Source of the DNA: an uncultured delta proteobacterium
GTDB lineage: Bacteria; Desulfobacterota; Desulfuromonadia; Geobacterales; Pseudopelobacteraceae
DNA: 64,000 nt
Direction: 5' to 3'
Assembly (NCBI GenBank): GCA_963772835.1
Contig: CAVYYZ010000001.1
Coordinates: 96,001-160,000, forward strand
Shown piece after piece: positions 33,528 to 43,146 of the stretch. Position 1 is the stretch's first letter, and each line of letters opens with the position of its first letter. Position numbers and translations under genes: made by a program. The notes beneath the pieces were generated by a model. It searched no databases. It had not been told where the DNA came from and worked only from the letters and a program-made list of their open reading frames with translations.

Positions 33528-33764
33528 CGTGACGTGGGTCAGCGTAGCGACAATCTGCCTTTCCAGGTACTTAAAGTGAAGTCCTCGCATCAATCTTACC
33601 TTGCGGGGCCCTATAACTATTTACTGCCATAGAAATATATCTTTTGAGAATACAAATGGGACGGGACCCCGTGGGGATATTTTATTATCAAGATTTCACC
33701 CCAGCAAGGGCAATGGAGTTTGCACGGACTGAATAAAATAAAAAAAGCACCTACATGATTAATG

Positions 33765-33777
33765 TAAGTGCTTGATT
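33765..33777 (-). promoter_or_regulatory. IHF consensus site next to the tRNA-Val 3' end, within a terminator-like hairpin
   Basis: Minus strand AATCAA-GCAC-TTA equals WATCAANNNNTTR; hairpin aagcac..tacat/atgta..gtgctt. Confidence 0.6.
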
Positions 33778-33780
33778 TAT

Positions 33781-33856
33781 TGGTGGGCGAAACAGGGATC
33801 GAACCTGTGACATCCAGCTTGTAAGGCTGGCGCTCTCCCAGCTGAGCTATTCGCCC
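33781..33856 (-). tRNA. tRNA-Val(TAC)
   Basis: Reverse complement gggcgaa...ttcgccc-acca, anticodon loop CT-TAC-AA. Confidence 0.96.
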
Positions 33857-33862
33857 AATATA

Positions 33863-33939
33863 TGGCGGGGTTGACGGGGCTCGAACCCGCGACTTCCAGC
33901 GTGACAGGCTGGCACTCTAACCAACTGAGCTACAACCCC
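33863..33939 (-). tRNA. tRNA-Asp(GTC)
   Basis: Reverse complement ggggttg...caacccc-gcca, anticodon loop CT-GTC-AC. Confidence 0.96.
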
Positions 33940-34253
33940 TCAGCAATTCTATCCAGAACTATTTCTTTTTCTTTGGCTACTACGTTTACTGCTTCTTTCA
34001 GCGTTTTACCTGGTTTAAACTTAGGAACAGTTGCGGCAGGAATATCAATCTTCTTACCTGTCTGTGGGTTCTGGCCTTTACGGGCAGCACGTTTTGCAGT
34101 GGAGAATGTACCGAAACCAACGAGGCTCAGTTTGTCGCCGCTTTTCAGAGCAGCAGTTACACTGGCGATAAATGCGGAAACGGCTTTCTCAGCATCTACT
34201 TTTTTCAGGCCGGCCTGTTCTGCTACTGAACTGATCAATTCTGCTTTTGTCAC
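33930..34253 (-). CDS. hup: DNA-binding protein HU (true stop probably 33959 after correcting a +1 A)
   Basis: TKAELIS, LVGFGTF, RKGQNPQTG, PKFKPGK.LKEAVN; GTG after GGAGG. Confidence 0.92.
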   Translation of the reverse strand: MTKAELISSVAEQAGLKKVDAEKAVSAFIASVTAALKSGDKLSLVGFGTFSTAKRAARKGQNPQTGKKIDIPAATVPKFKPGKTLKEAVNVVAKEKEIVLDRIAEGL

Positions 34254-34449
34254 GTTACACCTCCAAGATTCTATTTTTTTTAAATACAAAGCGTGCACTT
34301 GTTTATCAGATGTTCTTAAATTGTGTCAAGTTTTTTTTCGCGTAAACGTGCTTATTATGGGCTGTTGAACATGTTTACATGAATAAAATCGACAAAATAT
34401 GCGGGCTAACCGCATAAGATCTGTCTAACATACTGGTTTGCAAGCAAAT

Positions 34450-35706
34450 TTATGCTGCTTCCTTTAATTCCTGGTCAAATACAATAATCGGCTTTTCTTT
34501 GTGATAAATAACGTCTTCATTGATAACAACTTCCTGCACATTCAATTGTGATGGGACTTCGTACATTATATCGAGCATTGAATTTTCTAGAATTGCCCGC
34601 AATCCTCGCGCGCCGGTGTTGCGTTTCAATGCTTCCTTGGCAATTGCTATCAATGATCCGTCAGTGAACCTCAGGCGGACTTTTTCGAGTTCAAAAAGTT
34701 TCTGATATTGCTTAACGAGTGAATTCTTAGGCTCTTTTAAAATCTGAACCAACGCTTCTTCATCAAGTTCAGTCAGAGTGGCGAGCATAGGGAGACGTCC
34801 AATGAACTCAGGTATATAGCCGTATTTAAGGAGATCTTCGGGGGTAAGGCTCTTAAGCAGTTCTCCCAGTTTTTTCTCGTCACGTTTTTTGATGTCTGCA
34901 CCAAAACCGAGCGATTTTTTCCCTATACGCTGCTGAATAACTGTTTCCAGACCGGCAAAAGCGCCACCACAAATAAAGAGGATATTGGTGGTATCAACTT
35001 TCATGAATTCCTGTTGGGGATGCTTTCTGCCACCCTTTGGCGGAATGCTGGCAATGGTGCCTTCAATGATCTTTAAAAGTGCCTGCTGTACCCCTTCACC
35101 CGATACATCTCTTGTGATTGAAGGTGAATCTGACTTGCGGGCAATTTTATCAATTTCATCTATGTAGACGATACCTTTCTGGGCACGTTCCACATCATAA
35201 TCAGCTGCCTGCAAAAGAGTGAGGATAATATTCTCAACATCTTCTCCGACATACCCGGCTTCGGTAAGATTTGTTGCATCCGCCATAGCGAATGGCACTT
35301 TGAGAATCCGGGCAAGCGTCTGGGCCAGAAGTGTCTTGCCTGAGCCGGTTGGTCCGAGCAGCAGAATATTACTTTTCTGCATCTCAACTTCACCCGGTTT
35401 GCCACCTGATTCAATTCGTTTGTAATGATTATATACCGCGACGGAAAGGACCTTCTTTGCCATTTCCTGGCCGATGACATATTCATCTAAAATATCTTTG
35501 ATTTCACGAGGTTTTGGAAGTTTTTTCAGATCAGTCCCGGTGGTTTCTTCAAGTTTCATCTCCTCTGAAATGATGTCATTGCAGAGTTCAATACATTCAT
35601 CACAGATAAAAACTGCCGGTCCGGCAATAAGTTTTTTTACGTCATCCTGATTTTTCCCGCAGAAAGAGCAGGTCAGGTGCTCCTGTGTTGTGTCACGGCG
35701 ACTCAT
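34450..35706 (-). CDS. clpX: ATP-dependent Clp protease ATP-binding subunit ClpX
   Basis: CSFCGK..ICDEC Zn finger, [26 protein letters not shown] loop, GARGLR. Confidence 0.98.
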   Translation of the reverse strand: MSRRDTTQEHLTCSFCGKNQDDVKKLIAGPAVFICDECIELCNDIISEEMKLEETTGTDLKKLPKPREIKDILDEYVIGQEMAKKVLSVAVYNHYKRIESGGKPGEVEMQKSNILLLGPTGSGKTLLAQTLARILKVPFAMADATNLTEAGYVGEDVENIILTLLQAADYDVERAQKGIVYIDEIDKIARKSDSPSITRDVSGEGVQQALLKIIEGTIASIPPKGGRKHPQQEFMKVDTTNILFICGGAFAGLETVIQQRIGKKSLGFGADIKKRDEKKLGELLKSLTPEDLLKYGYIPEFIGRLPMLATLTELDEEALVQILKEPKNSLVKQYQKLFELEKVRLRFTDGSLIAIAKEALKRNTGARGLRAILENSMLDIMYEVPSQLNVQEVVINEDVIYHKEKPIIVFDQELKEAA

Positions 35707-36302
35707 GATGGGACTCCAGTGAGCGATTTACGCTCAAAAATTGCGTCGATCAAGCCGTACGCCTTTGCATCTTCACCAGACATGAAGAAGTCTCGTTCAG
35801 TATCGGCTTCAACTTTCTCTTTTGTCTGGCCCGACAATTCGGCAAGTATCCCGTTCAATTCGTCTTTCATGCGCAGAATTTCCTTGGCATGGATGCTGAT
35901 ATCGGTTGCCTGACCCTGGAAGCCTCCCAGCGGTTGATGAATCATGATTCTCGAATGGGTGAGGCTGAAGCGCTTCCCCTTTTCACCGGCTGTCAACAGT
36001 ATTGCTCCCATAGATGCCGCCTGTCCGACGCAAATCGTCGAAACAGGGGCTTTGATGTACCGCATGGTATCAAAGATTGCCATTCCTGCAGTGACAACCC
36101 CTCCCGGCGAATTGATATATAGATGGATATCCTTATCTGGATCTTCCGCCTCAAGAAACAGAAGTTGAGCGATAATGAGATTTGCAACTGTGTCGTCAAT
36201 TGCACCGCCAAGAAAAATAATTCGTTCTTTAAGCAGGCGGGAGTAAATATCATACGCCCGTTCACCTCTACCGCTCTGCTCTACAACCATTGGTATGTAC
36301 AT
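35703..36302 (-). CDS. clpP: ATP-dependent Clp protease proteolytic subunit
   Basis: [34 protein letters not shown]. Confidence 0.98.
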   Translation of the reverse strand: MYIPMVVEQSGRGERAYDIYSRLLKERIIFLGGAIDDTVANLIIAQLLFLEAEDPDKDIHLYINSPGGVVTAGMAIFDTMRYIKAPVSTICVGQAASMGAILLTAGEKGKRFSLTHSRIMIHQPLGGFQGQATDISIHAKEILRMKDELNGILAELSGQTKEKVEADTERDFFMSGEDAKAYGLIDAIFERKSLTGVPS

Positions 36303-36314
36303 AGAAAAGTCCCC

Positions 36315-37625
36315 TTAGGCTGTTTTAAGCTGCTCAGCGTCTACTTCGGTGACTACTGCATGGTCAATCAGATAGGAGATGGCTTTATCCTCTTTGATTT
36401 CCGAGACGATCGAGCTCTTGGCATTCTGATTTGATGTGTAATACTCTTTGATGCGATCAAGCATCTCCGGATTTCCGGCGGCAATTTTTTCGTACTGTGA
36501 CGTCAGGTCCTCATCCGTAACAGAAATATTTTCTTTTTCAACCAGTGCCATCAACAGCAAACCACCTTTTACCTTGTCAATGGCATCGTCGCGAAAGCGG
36601 GCACGGAAACCATCCGCATCAAGTCCCATCATGTCCAGAGACATCTGCTGGCTTTTCAGGCGGTTTTTGAGGTTTTCGAACATGTGGTCCAACTGGCGCT
36701 TTACCATCGACTCAGGAACATCTAAAGGATTTTTCTTGATCAGCGCCTGAATAATCCGCTCTTTGAACTCATTTTCAAGTCGTTCAGTTTCATGTTTCTC
36801 ATGATATTCCACCATTTTTGCGCGTAACAGATCCATCGTGTCATACTCACCGAACTGCTGGGCAAACTCATCATCCAGTTCCGGGAGTTCTTTGCGCTTT
36901 ATCTCTTTAACGGTGACCGAAAATACGCCCTTGTTTCCGGCGGAAGAGTCATTAGTGCCCTCAGACGGAAGATCAAGAGTAAATTCTTTCGATTCACCTG
37001 CTTTCAGTCCGATCAACTGCTCTTCAAAACCCGGGATCAGTCGCCCTGAGCCGACTTCAATCTCCGCTGTCTGAGCTCCGCTGTTTATCTCAGGTGAATC
37101 CTCCACCACCATGGAATAATCGACAGATACGGTATGACCATTTTCAACGGCTTCGTCTTCGCCCAGAGGAGTCAGTTGCGCCATATTCTCCTGCATGCGT
37201 TTCAGCTCATCATCGATACTTTCCGGTTTTGATACGTATTTTTCTCTGTTTACGATCAAGCCGGTGTACTCCTGTAACAGTATCTGCGGCATGACCTCAA
37301 TAAGTGCGCTGTATTTGAACGGAACTCCCGCTTCGAGTATGTCGCTCTCGATGGTCGGCGAATCGAGCGGTTCAACCTTATGCTCATCAAGCGCCTTGTA
37401 AAGTGTCTCCTGATATAAGCGCCGCATGACATCATCGCGCATTGCGTCACTGTAGGTGCGTTTTATGAGCTGCATTGGTGCTTTGCCGGGTCGGAATCCC
37501 TGCAGCTTGGCTTTTTTCTGGATCGCTGAATACGCCTTCTCGATCTCTTCGTTAACCCGCTCTACAGGAATCTCGATGGTAATTTTTTTCTGAACAGAGC
37601 TGATGTCTTCGACGTGAACCTGCAT
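36315..37625 (-). CDS. tig: Trigger factor
   Basis: GFRPGKAP ribosome-binding motif, FKBP-like IPGFEEQLIG, LPELDDEFA; tig-clpP-clpX order. Confidence 0.96.
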   Translation of the reverse strand: MQVHVEDISSVQKKITIEIPVERVNEEIEKAYSAIQKKAKLQGFRPGKAPMQLIKRTYSDAMRDDVMRRLYQETLYKALDEHKVEPLDSPTIESDILEAGVPFKYSALIEVMPQILLQEYTGLIVNREKYVSKPESIDDELKRMQENMAQLTPLGEDEAVENGHTVSVDYSMVVEDSPEINSGAQTAEIEVGSGRLIPGFEEQLIGLKAGESKEFTLDLPSEGTNDSSAGNKGVFSVTVKEIKRKELPELDDEFAQQFGEYDTMDLLRAKMVEYHEKHETERLENEFKERIIQALIKKNPLDVPESMVKRQLDHMFENLKNRLKSQQMSLDMMGLDADGFRARFRDDAIDKVKGGLLLMALVEKENISVTDEDLTSQYEKIAAGNPEMLDRIKEYYTSNQNAKSSIVSEIKEDKAISYLIDHAVVTEVDAEQLKTA

Positions 37626-37705
37626 GATAGCTATCCTCTTCTATATTGGAATGTAATGTTTGCATGTATTGAGTACATCGAAACAAACATCGGGAAATCT
37701 TTGGA

Positions 37706-37790
37706 TGGTGCGAGAGAGGAGACTTGAACTCCTATACCGTGAGGTGCCAGATCCTAAGTCTGGTGCGTCTGCCAATTCCGCCACTCTCGC
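37706..37790 (-). tRNA. tRNA-Leu(TAG)
   Basis: Reverse complement gcgagag...ctctcgc-acca, long variable arm, anticodon loop CT-TAG-GA. Confidence 0.95.
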
Positions 37791-37853
37791 ATCTGTCGTG
37801 AACCATGAAACGATTGGCCATGGTTGCTGTTTGCCTTGATAAAAAGATTCATG

Positions 37854-37882
37854 AGAATAGGTGAAAATCATGGATAGGTCAA
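37854..37882 (-). promoter_or_regulatory. Sigma70-type promoter for tRNA-Leu-tig-clpPX
   Basis: Minus strand TTGACC-N17-TATTCT. Confidence 0.6.
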
Positions 37883-37921
37883 GAAATTATTACGTTTGGG
37901 AGGGTATGCGACCTGTTTTTG

Positions 37922-38257
37922 TTATCCGCCTGCCAGCTTTACTTTGAAACCGCGTGCCTGTAATTCCGCTGACAGCGCATCTCGATGATCACCCTGGATC
38001 TCAATGACACCGTCTTTGACGGTGCCGCCACAGCCGCACTTCTTCTTCAATGCTGCCGCCAGCTCCTTTATCTCCGGAGCGGAAAGCGGGATGCCGTTAA
38101 TGACAATAACGGTGCCACCGCCCCGTCCCTTGACTTCACGCCGCAGTCGCACGATGCCGTCACTCTTTTGAGTCGCCGCCTTCTGTGCGGGGCCGTTCTG
38201 CTTTACCCGCCCTGTTTCTGTTGAATACACAAGGATGCTGTCGGACCAGTTTGTCAT
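37922..38257 (-). CDS. yciH: SUI1/YciH family translation factor
   Basis: [39 protein letters not shown]. Confidence 0.92.
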   Translation of the reverse strand: MTNWSDSILVYSTETGRVKQNGPAQKAATQKSDGIVRLRREVKGRGGGTVIVINGIPLSAPEIKELAAALKKKCGCGGTVKDGVIEIQGDHRDALSAELQARGFKVKLAGG

Positions 38258-39075
38258 TTGCCCCAGTCCCGTGCATATCTGAAATCGCGGTCTATTGTCC
38301 GGTTTGAAACTTTTGCAATGACCGGAAGGCGGCGTTTGAAATGAGAGTTTTGAATCTTCATGTAAATCGAATCGATAAACTCACGGTCAAAGCCGCCTGC
38401 AACCAGTTCCTCCTTCGTCAGACGCTGATCCACCATGCGGTAGAGAAGCTCATCCACCTGCCGGTACGAGAATCCAAGTTCTTCTTCGTCGGTCTGTCCG
38501 GCCCAGAGATCGGCTGACGGCTGCTTTTCGATGACTACGGCCGGAATTCCCATCGCTGTGGAGAGCTGCCAGACCTGGGTTTTGTAAATATCGCCGATCG
38601 GGTTCAGGGCAGAAGCCATATCTCCGTAGAGTGTACCGTATCCGAGCAGCAGTTCTGTTTTGTTGCTGGTGCCGAGCACCAAAGCGCGCAGCAGCGCAGA
38701 ATGGTCGAAAAGGATTGTCATCCGTTCACGGGCCATCTTGTTGCCGCGTCGCATATTGTCTGCATCGGGGAACCTGTCGAAATAGGCGTCAACCATGGTT
38801 GTTATCGGCACGACAGAAAAATTGACCCCGCACGCCGTCGCCACCTGGCGGGCATGTGCCTCGCTTTCAGGATTGCTGCTCTTGTACGGCATACAGATGG
38901 CGTGTACGTTCTCGGGCCCTAACGCTTCAGCGGCGATGAAAGCCACCAGCGCTGAATCAATCCCTCCTGAGAGTCCCAGCACTACCTTGCTGACGCCGAC
39001 TTTACGAACCTCATCCCGTACGAAGCCTACTAAAAGCTTTCTCAGTAATTCCATGTTGGCGTTTGATACTGACAT
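38254..39075 (-). CDS. nadE: NAD+ synthetase (synthetase domain only)
   Basis: [47 protein letters not shown]. Confidence 0.95.
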   Translation of the reverse strand: MSVSNANMELLRKLLVGFVRDEVRKVGVSKVVLGLSGGIDSALVAFIAAEALGPENVHAICMPYKSSNPESEAHARQVATACGVNFSVVPITTMVDAYFDRFPDADNMRRGNKMARERMTILFDHSALLRALVLGTSNKTELLLGYGTLYGDMASALNPIGDIYKTQVWQLSTAMGIPAVVIEKQPSADLWAGQTDEEELGFSYRQVDELLYRMVDQRLTKEELVAGGFDREFIDSIYMKIQNSHFKRRLPVIAKVSNRTIDRDFRYARDWGK

Positions 39076-39923
39076 CACCGCCCCCTTTTGTCCGCAATGC
39101 GCCCGAGTTCCTGCATCGTTACGAACAGATTCTCGTCACGCACCATCGGTGAAAAAATACGTTCCCGCCTCAGAGATCCTTCATCGACCCGTGCGGTGAT
39201 TGCATCCTCATCCAACAGCGCCCCGCGGACAATTGATTCACCCGACGCCGCGATATATTCGGAGCCTCCCCAGAAGTTGACGCCATCCTCAAAACCGACC
39301 CGGTTGCAGTACAGAACCCGGCAATTGAGAAACATGGCCGTGGTGGAGGTAAGTTTCTGCCAGGCTGCTGCCGAACCGAGAGAATCTCCCTCAATACCCC
39401 GACTTGGGCTGCTGGAAAGACAGATCAGTGCAGTTGCTCCGTCCATGGCAAGAATATAGGAGGCTGATAGATGCCACATATCTTCGCAAATCAGCATGCC
39501 GAACCGACCGAATTTTGTATCGAATGCCCGAAATGATCCGCCTCGTGCCAGATACCGCTGCTCGTCAAACAGACCGTAGGTAGGGAGATACACTTTACGA
39601 TGCAGATGCAAGATTGCGCCATCTTCAAGATAGATGGCAGAGTTGAAAAAGTGGTAGTCGTCAGTCTCTTCGACAAAGCCGATGGCGATAGATATCCCAC
39701 GGGAAAGTTCAATCAGCTGCAGGATCTCGGGAGAATCAACCCGCAGAGCCACTTCGGGGACGAGGTCTTTCAGGAAATAGCCGGACAGTGCAAGCTCAGG
39801 AAAGACAATAAGATCGGCACCGGCTTCCCGTGCCTTCACGATCTGATCTTCGATGAGCACCAGGTTGTCGGCAATGCAGCCGAGCTTCGGTTTTATTTGA
39901 GCCAGAACAGCGGTGAAATCCAT
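39075..39923 (-). CDS. Nitrilase-family (carbon-nitrogen hydrolase) protein, probable glutaminase partner of NadE
   Basis: E-K-C triad motifs [32 protein letters not shown]; stop overlaps the nadE start. Confidence 0.88.
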   Translation of the reverse strand: MDFTAVLAQIKPKLGCIADNLVLIEDQIVKAREAGADLIVFPELALSGYFLKDLVPEVALRVDSPEILQLIELSRGISIAIGFVEETDDYHFFNSAIYLEDGAILHLHRKVYLPTYGLFDEQRYLARGGSFRAFDTKFGRFGMLICEDMWHLSASYILAMDGATALICLSSSPSRGIEGDSLGSAAAWQKLTSTTAMFLNCRVLYCNRVGFEDGVNFWGGSEYIAASGESIVRGALLDEDAITARVDEGSLRRERIFSPMVRDENLFVTMQELGRIADKRGR

Positions 39924-39935
39924 GGTGATTCCTCC

Positions 39936-40358
39936 TTAATAGGCCACATCGAAAGCGTTCTTTATGTGATCTATGGCGTGATGGCCGCCAGTATGCAACA
40001 GAATGGCAATTACGTCAAACCGTGCGTTGGTGTCATGCAGCCGGTTCTTCCCGAGCCAGGTCAGCGCGGCTTTAGAAATCTGGCGCTGTTTGAACGGAGT
40101 CACCGCCAGCTGCGGCACACCGTAGGATAATCCGCGGCGAGCTTTCACCTCAATAAAGAGCAGGCTTTTATCCCCGGGGTCACGGGCGATAATATCAACT
40201 TCGCCCCCCTTGCAGCGGAAGTTACGCTCCAATATCCGATAACCCCGCGCGATCAGGAAATTCGCAGCCACTTCCTCCCCCAGTTCACCGGTCCCTTTGT
40301 TTCCACCGGGTGTGGAAGGAGGGGCGGCTTCAGTTCTGTTTCCGCCGAATAGATTCAT
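39936..40358 (-). CDS. yraN: YraN family (UPF0102) putative endonuclease
   Basis: GELGEEVA..FL..GY.ILERNFR..GEVDII, FIEVKAR, RFDVIAI. Confidence 0.92.
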   Translation of the reverse strand: MNLFGGNRTEAAPPSTPGGNKGTGELGEEVAANFLIARGYRILERNFRCKGGEVDIIARDPGDKSLLFIEVKARRGLSYGVPQLAVTPFKQRQISKAALTWLGKNRLHDTNARFDVIAILLHTGGHHAIDHIKNAFDVAY

Positions 40359-42094
40359 GGCTGACCTTCCAGAAATCCGGCATCATCACAGCAGCCGTTC
40401 AGGTTCAGACCTCGGATGCGGTAATATTTATCCAGTTCCTCCTCAAAGCGCACCCTGTCAAGCGGGGGAATGTCGATGCCGTCCCCGCTGCTCCCCGGTT
40501 CAGTAAAAAAACGGTGCGGCAGGATGTCGTCAACGCGGGAAAAACCGTTGGTGCAGTTGTAAAAACGTTCGGTCTGCACAATGCGTCGACCTATTTCTTT
40601 CAGGCGCTGCGGCGAATATGATATTCCGGTAACGGCGGTCAACAGTTCTGCGTATTCTTCCAGGCTGGCGCCGAAGAAGGCAAATTTGCATGCCACAAGT
40701 GAATCCACCGCGGCATTGGTGTCCTCGGCTATACTGATAATACGGGCTTTTCCGGAAAAAGAAAAACGGTCGGTCGGTACCGGTTTGCGCAGGATTTCGT
40801 GTGAAACCGGATAGGCACGCAGGTGGCATCCTCCGCGGTTGCTCGTGCAGTACGCCAGTGCCATGCCGTACGCACCGCGCGGATCGTATGCAGGAAGTTC
40901 GAGCGATTTTACGCTCATGGAGAGTTCGGGGTGCCCCAGTTTTTCTGCAAGGCGGCGTGAGCCGAGGGAGAGTAATAATCCATCACCCTGACCGAGGGCG
41001 ATGTCTTTCAGCAGTCCGGGGATCTCTCCGGCGGTTGGATAGGTCCCTCTGATTTCTCCCCATGCAGAAAGGGTGGCTGCCGCCGAGATCGTGTCCATTC
41101 CCAGTTCGTTGCAGAGGTCGTTTGCTGTAATAATCGCGTGCAGGGAAGCATTGTTGTTAAGCGCGCCGAAATGGGAAACGGTTTCATATTCCGGCAGAGT
41201 TCTGCCGGTCCCGGATGATTTTTTGCACTGGATCGGGCAGCCGTAGCAGCCGTCCTTTTTTGCTTCGCAGGATTCTTTGATGGCCGGACCGGAATAGTTG
41301 GCAGAATGTTCGAAATAGGTTTTGGAGAAGTTTTCCGTCGGGGCCATGCGGCGCTGTGCCATCAGATCGACCAGCACCGGGGTCCCGAATTCAGAGAGGC
41401 CGAGAGGGCCGAATATGACCGGAGAAGCCTTGAAAAGGCGCATAATGTCCCGCCGAGCATTTTCAAACAGTGCGAGATCGGCGATAGTGGTTGTTCGGTC
41501 TCCATTCACGGTTACCGCTTTGAGGTTTTTACTTCCCATAACGGCGCCCATACCGCCGCGACCGACAGAGTTTCCCTCTCCCATCATGATATTCGCAAAG
41601 AGGGAGCCGTTCTCACCTGCCGGACCGATCGCAGCCACACTTCCCCGGTCCCCCAGTGCTGCAACGGTTGTCGGGATAGTACTCCCCCATAGATGGGCAG
41701 CCGGTACAATTTCAACCGTATCTGCTGTCACTGATAATACGGCCGGCCGGGGGCTTCTTCCGGTGATGAATAAGACATCCACACCAGCCCGCTTCAGGCG
41801 CCATGCAAATCGTCCTCCGGCAGAACAATCGTAGATTGTGCCGGTCAACGGAGAGCGTGAAACAACGGATAGACGGGAGGATGTCGGAGCCGGTGTGCCG
41901 CATAAAGGACCGACGGCAAAAATCAGCGGCATGGCGGGATCAAACGGGTCGAGATGAAAATAATCGCGCATCAGGCGCACGCCAAGACCGCGGCCGCCGA
42001 GATACTCCTCCAGCAGTACGCGGGGAATCTCTTCCCGGTGTGACGTTCCCGATGTCAGATCAACCGCGAGTATGCTGCCGTGCCAGCCGTTCAT
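40355..42094 (-). CDS. Tungsten-type aldehyde:ferredoxin oxidoreductase family protein
   Basis: YLGGRGLG, SPLTG, IGPAGE, GRGGMGAVMGSKNLKA, CYGCPIQC, PEYET, NELGMDTIS, PAYDPRG, RGGCH. Confidence 0.92.
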   Translation of the reverse strand: MNGWHGSILAVDLTSGTSHREEIPRVLLEEYLGGRGLGVRLMRDYFHLDPFDPAMPLIFAVGPLCGTPAPTSSRLSVVSRSPLTGTIYDCSAGGRFAWRLKRAGVDVLFITGRSPRPAVLSVTADTVEIVPAAHLWGSTIPTTVAALGDRGSVAAIGPAGENGSLFANIMMGEGNSVGRGGMGAVMGSKNLKAVTVNGDRTTTIADLALFENARRDIMRLFKASPVIFGPLGLSEFGTPVLVDLMAQRRMAPTENFSKTYFEHSANYSGPAIKESCEAKKDGCYGCPIQCKKSSGTGRTLPEYETVSHFGALNNNASLHAIITANDLCNELGMDTISAAATLSAWGEIRGTYPTAGEIPGLLKDIALGQGDGLLLSLGSRRLAEKLGHPELSMSVKSLELPAYDPRGAYGMALAYCTSNRGGCHLRAYPVSHEILRKPVPTDRFSFSGKARIISIAEDTNAAVDSLVACKFAFFGASLEEYAELLTAVTGISYSPQRLKEIGRRIVQTERFYNCTNGFSRVDDILPHRFFTEPGSSGDGIDIPPLDRVRFEEELDKYYRIRGLNLNGCCDDAGFLEGQP

Positions 42095-42753
42095 CGATGT
42101 GTGGCGAGTCGCGCTGTAATGGCGGCAAGCAGCTCGTGAGGAGTGTCTGTCAGGACATCCGCCCCGGCCAGCTCTTCCGGGCCGCCATAGCCCCACGTAC
42201 AGGCTATTGAAGCGATGTTAGCCCGCTTGGCGGCGAGAATGTCGTTGATACTGTCGCCGACCATTACGCTTTCGCGTGGAGCTGTTCCCAGCGTCTCCAT
42301 GATTTTCAGCAAGGGGAGGGGAGACGGCTTTCTCTCCGGGTACGTATCTCCGCCGCATACGCTTTGAAACAGATCCTGAATCCCGAGAGTCTGAAGGAGT
42401 ATCCTGCACAGATCCTCGTTTTTATTCGTCATGACCGCCATCTTGATGTTACGGGCCGCAAGTTCATGGAGTATGTCACGTATTCCGGGATAGAGAATGC
42501 TTTTGTCAGCAATATGCTGTCTGTTGAAAGCCAGAAACATGTCCAGAGCCCGTTCAATATCGGTGCCCGAAACGTCAGGCAATACCTGCCGTACCAGATG
42601 TAGAGACCCTTTACCAATCTTCAGCCGTACGGCATCAACCGTCAGCGTCGGACGGGAAAAGGCATCCCGGATATGATTGACGGCGTCGGTCAGATCAGCC
42701 AGTGAATCGACAAGGGTGCCGTCAAGGTCAAAGAGAACCGCACGGATGATCAT
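42091..42753 (-). CDS. gph: HAD hydrolase, phosphoglycolate phosphatase-like
   Basis: FDLDGTLVDS, TNK, KPSP, MVGDSIND. Confidence 0.82.
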   Translation of the reverse strand: MIIRAVLFDLDGTLVDSLADLTDAVNHIRDAFSRPTLTVDAVRLKIGKGSLHLVRQVLPDVSGTDIERALDMFLAFNRQHIADKSILYPGIRDILHELAARNIKMAVMTNKNEDLCRILLQTLGIQDLFQSVCGGDTYPERKPSPLPLLKIMETLGTAPRESVMVGDSINDILAAKRANIASIACTWGYGGPEELAGADVLTDTPHELLAAITARLATHR

Positions 42754-43070
42754 GCCGAGGGTGATTTCAGGGGTTTGTCGGCTTTGGGAAGAATGATCAC
42801 GGGTGGTGTCGCGGTCCGGTAGAGGAGAAAGGTTTTACCCAGAATCTGGGCAACATCTGCCTGGCACGCTTCTGCCAGGGTCTCTGAAGCTTCATGTTTA
42901 TCAAGCATGCAGCTCTCAAGGAGTTTTACCTTGATTAATTCGTGATGATCAAGAGCGGTGTTCGCTTCCGCTATCAGAGCTCCTTCAATCTCTTTCTTAC
43001 CGATCTGGATGAGCGGCTTCAGTTTGTGCCCAAGGGCCCGCAGGTGTCGTTTCTGTTTTCCGGTCAGCAT
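42750..43070 (-). CDS. yhbY: YhbY/CRM-domain RNA-binding protein
   Basis: LTGKQKRHLR..GH.LKP..QIGK, HELIKVK, QILGK..LLYR. Confidence 0.93.
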   Translation of the reverse strand: MLTGKQKRHLRALGHKLKPLIQIGKKEIEGALIAEANTALDHHELIKVKLLESCMLDKHEASETLAEACQADVAQILGKTFLLYRTATPPVIILPKADKPLKSPSA

Positions 43071-43146
43071 AAGTTCGTAAACTCCTAGGATTGCATAGAT
43101 GAATGAATATGAGATTCTATATCATACTGAATGAGCCGCTGGCAAA

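Larger units (their letters stand above)
30227..33780. mobile_element. Eroded genomic-island-like accessory insert between convergent tRNA-Pro and tRNA-Val (no integrase present)
   Basis: Non-housekeeping, GC-richer LysR/MFS cargo, IHF-like sites at both tRNA 3' ends, and short direct repeats near tRNA-Pro. Confidence 0.45.

Noticed and set aside
33862..34368. 168-aa plus-strand ORF
   Set aside because: It is the antisense translation of tRNA-Asp and hup.
37813..37828. Sigma54-like TTGGCC...TTGCT near tRNA-Leu
   Set aside because: GG-GC spacing is 8 rather than 10, and it faces away from the tRNA.
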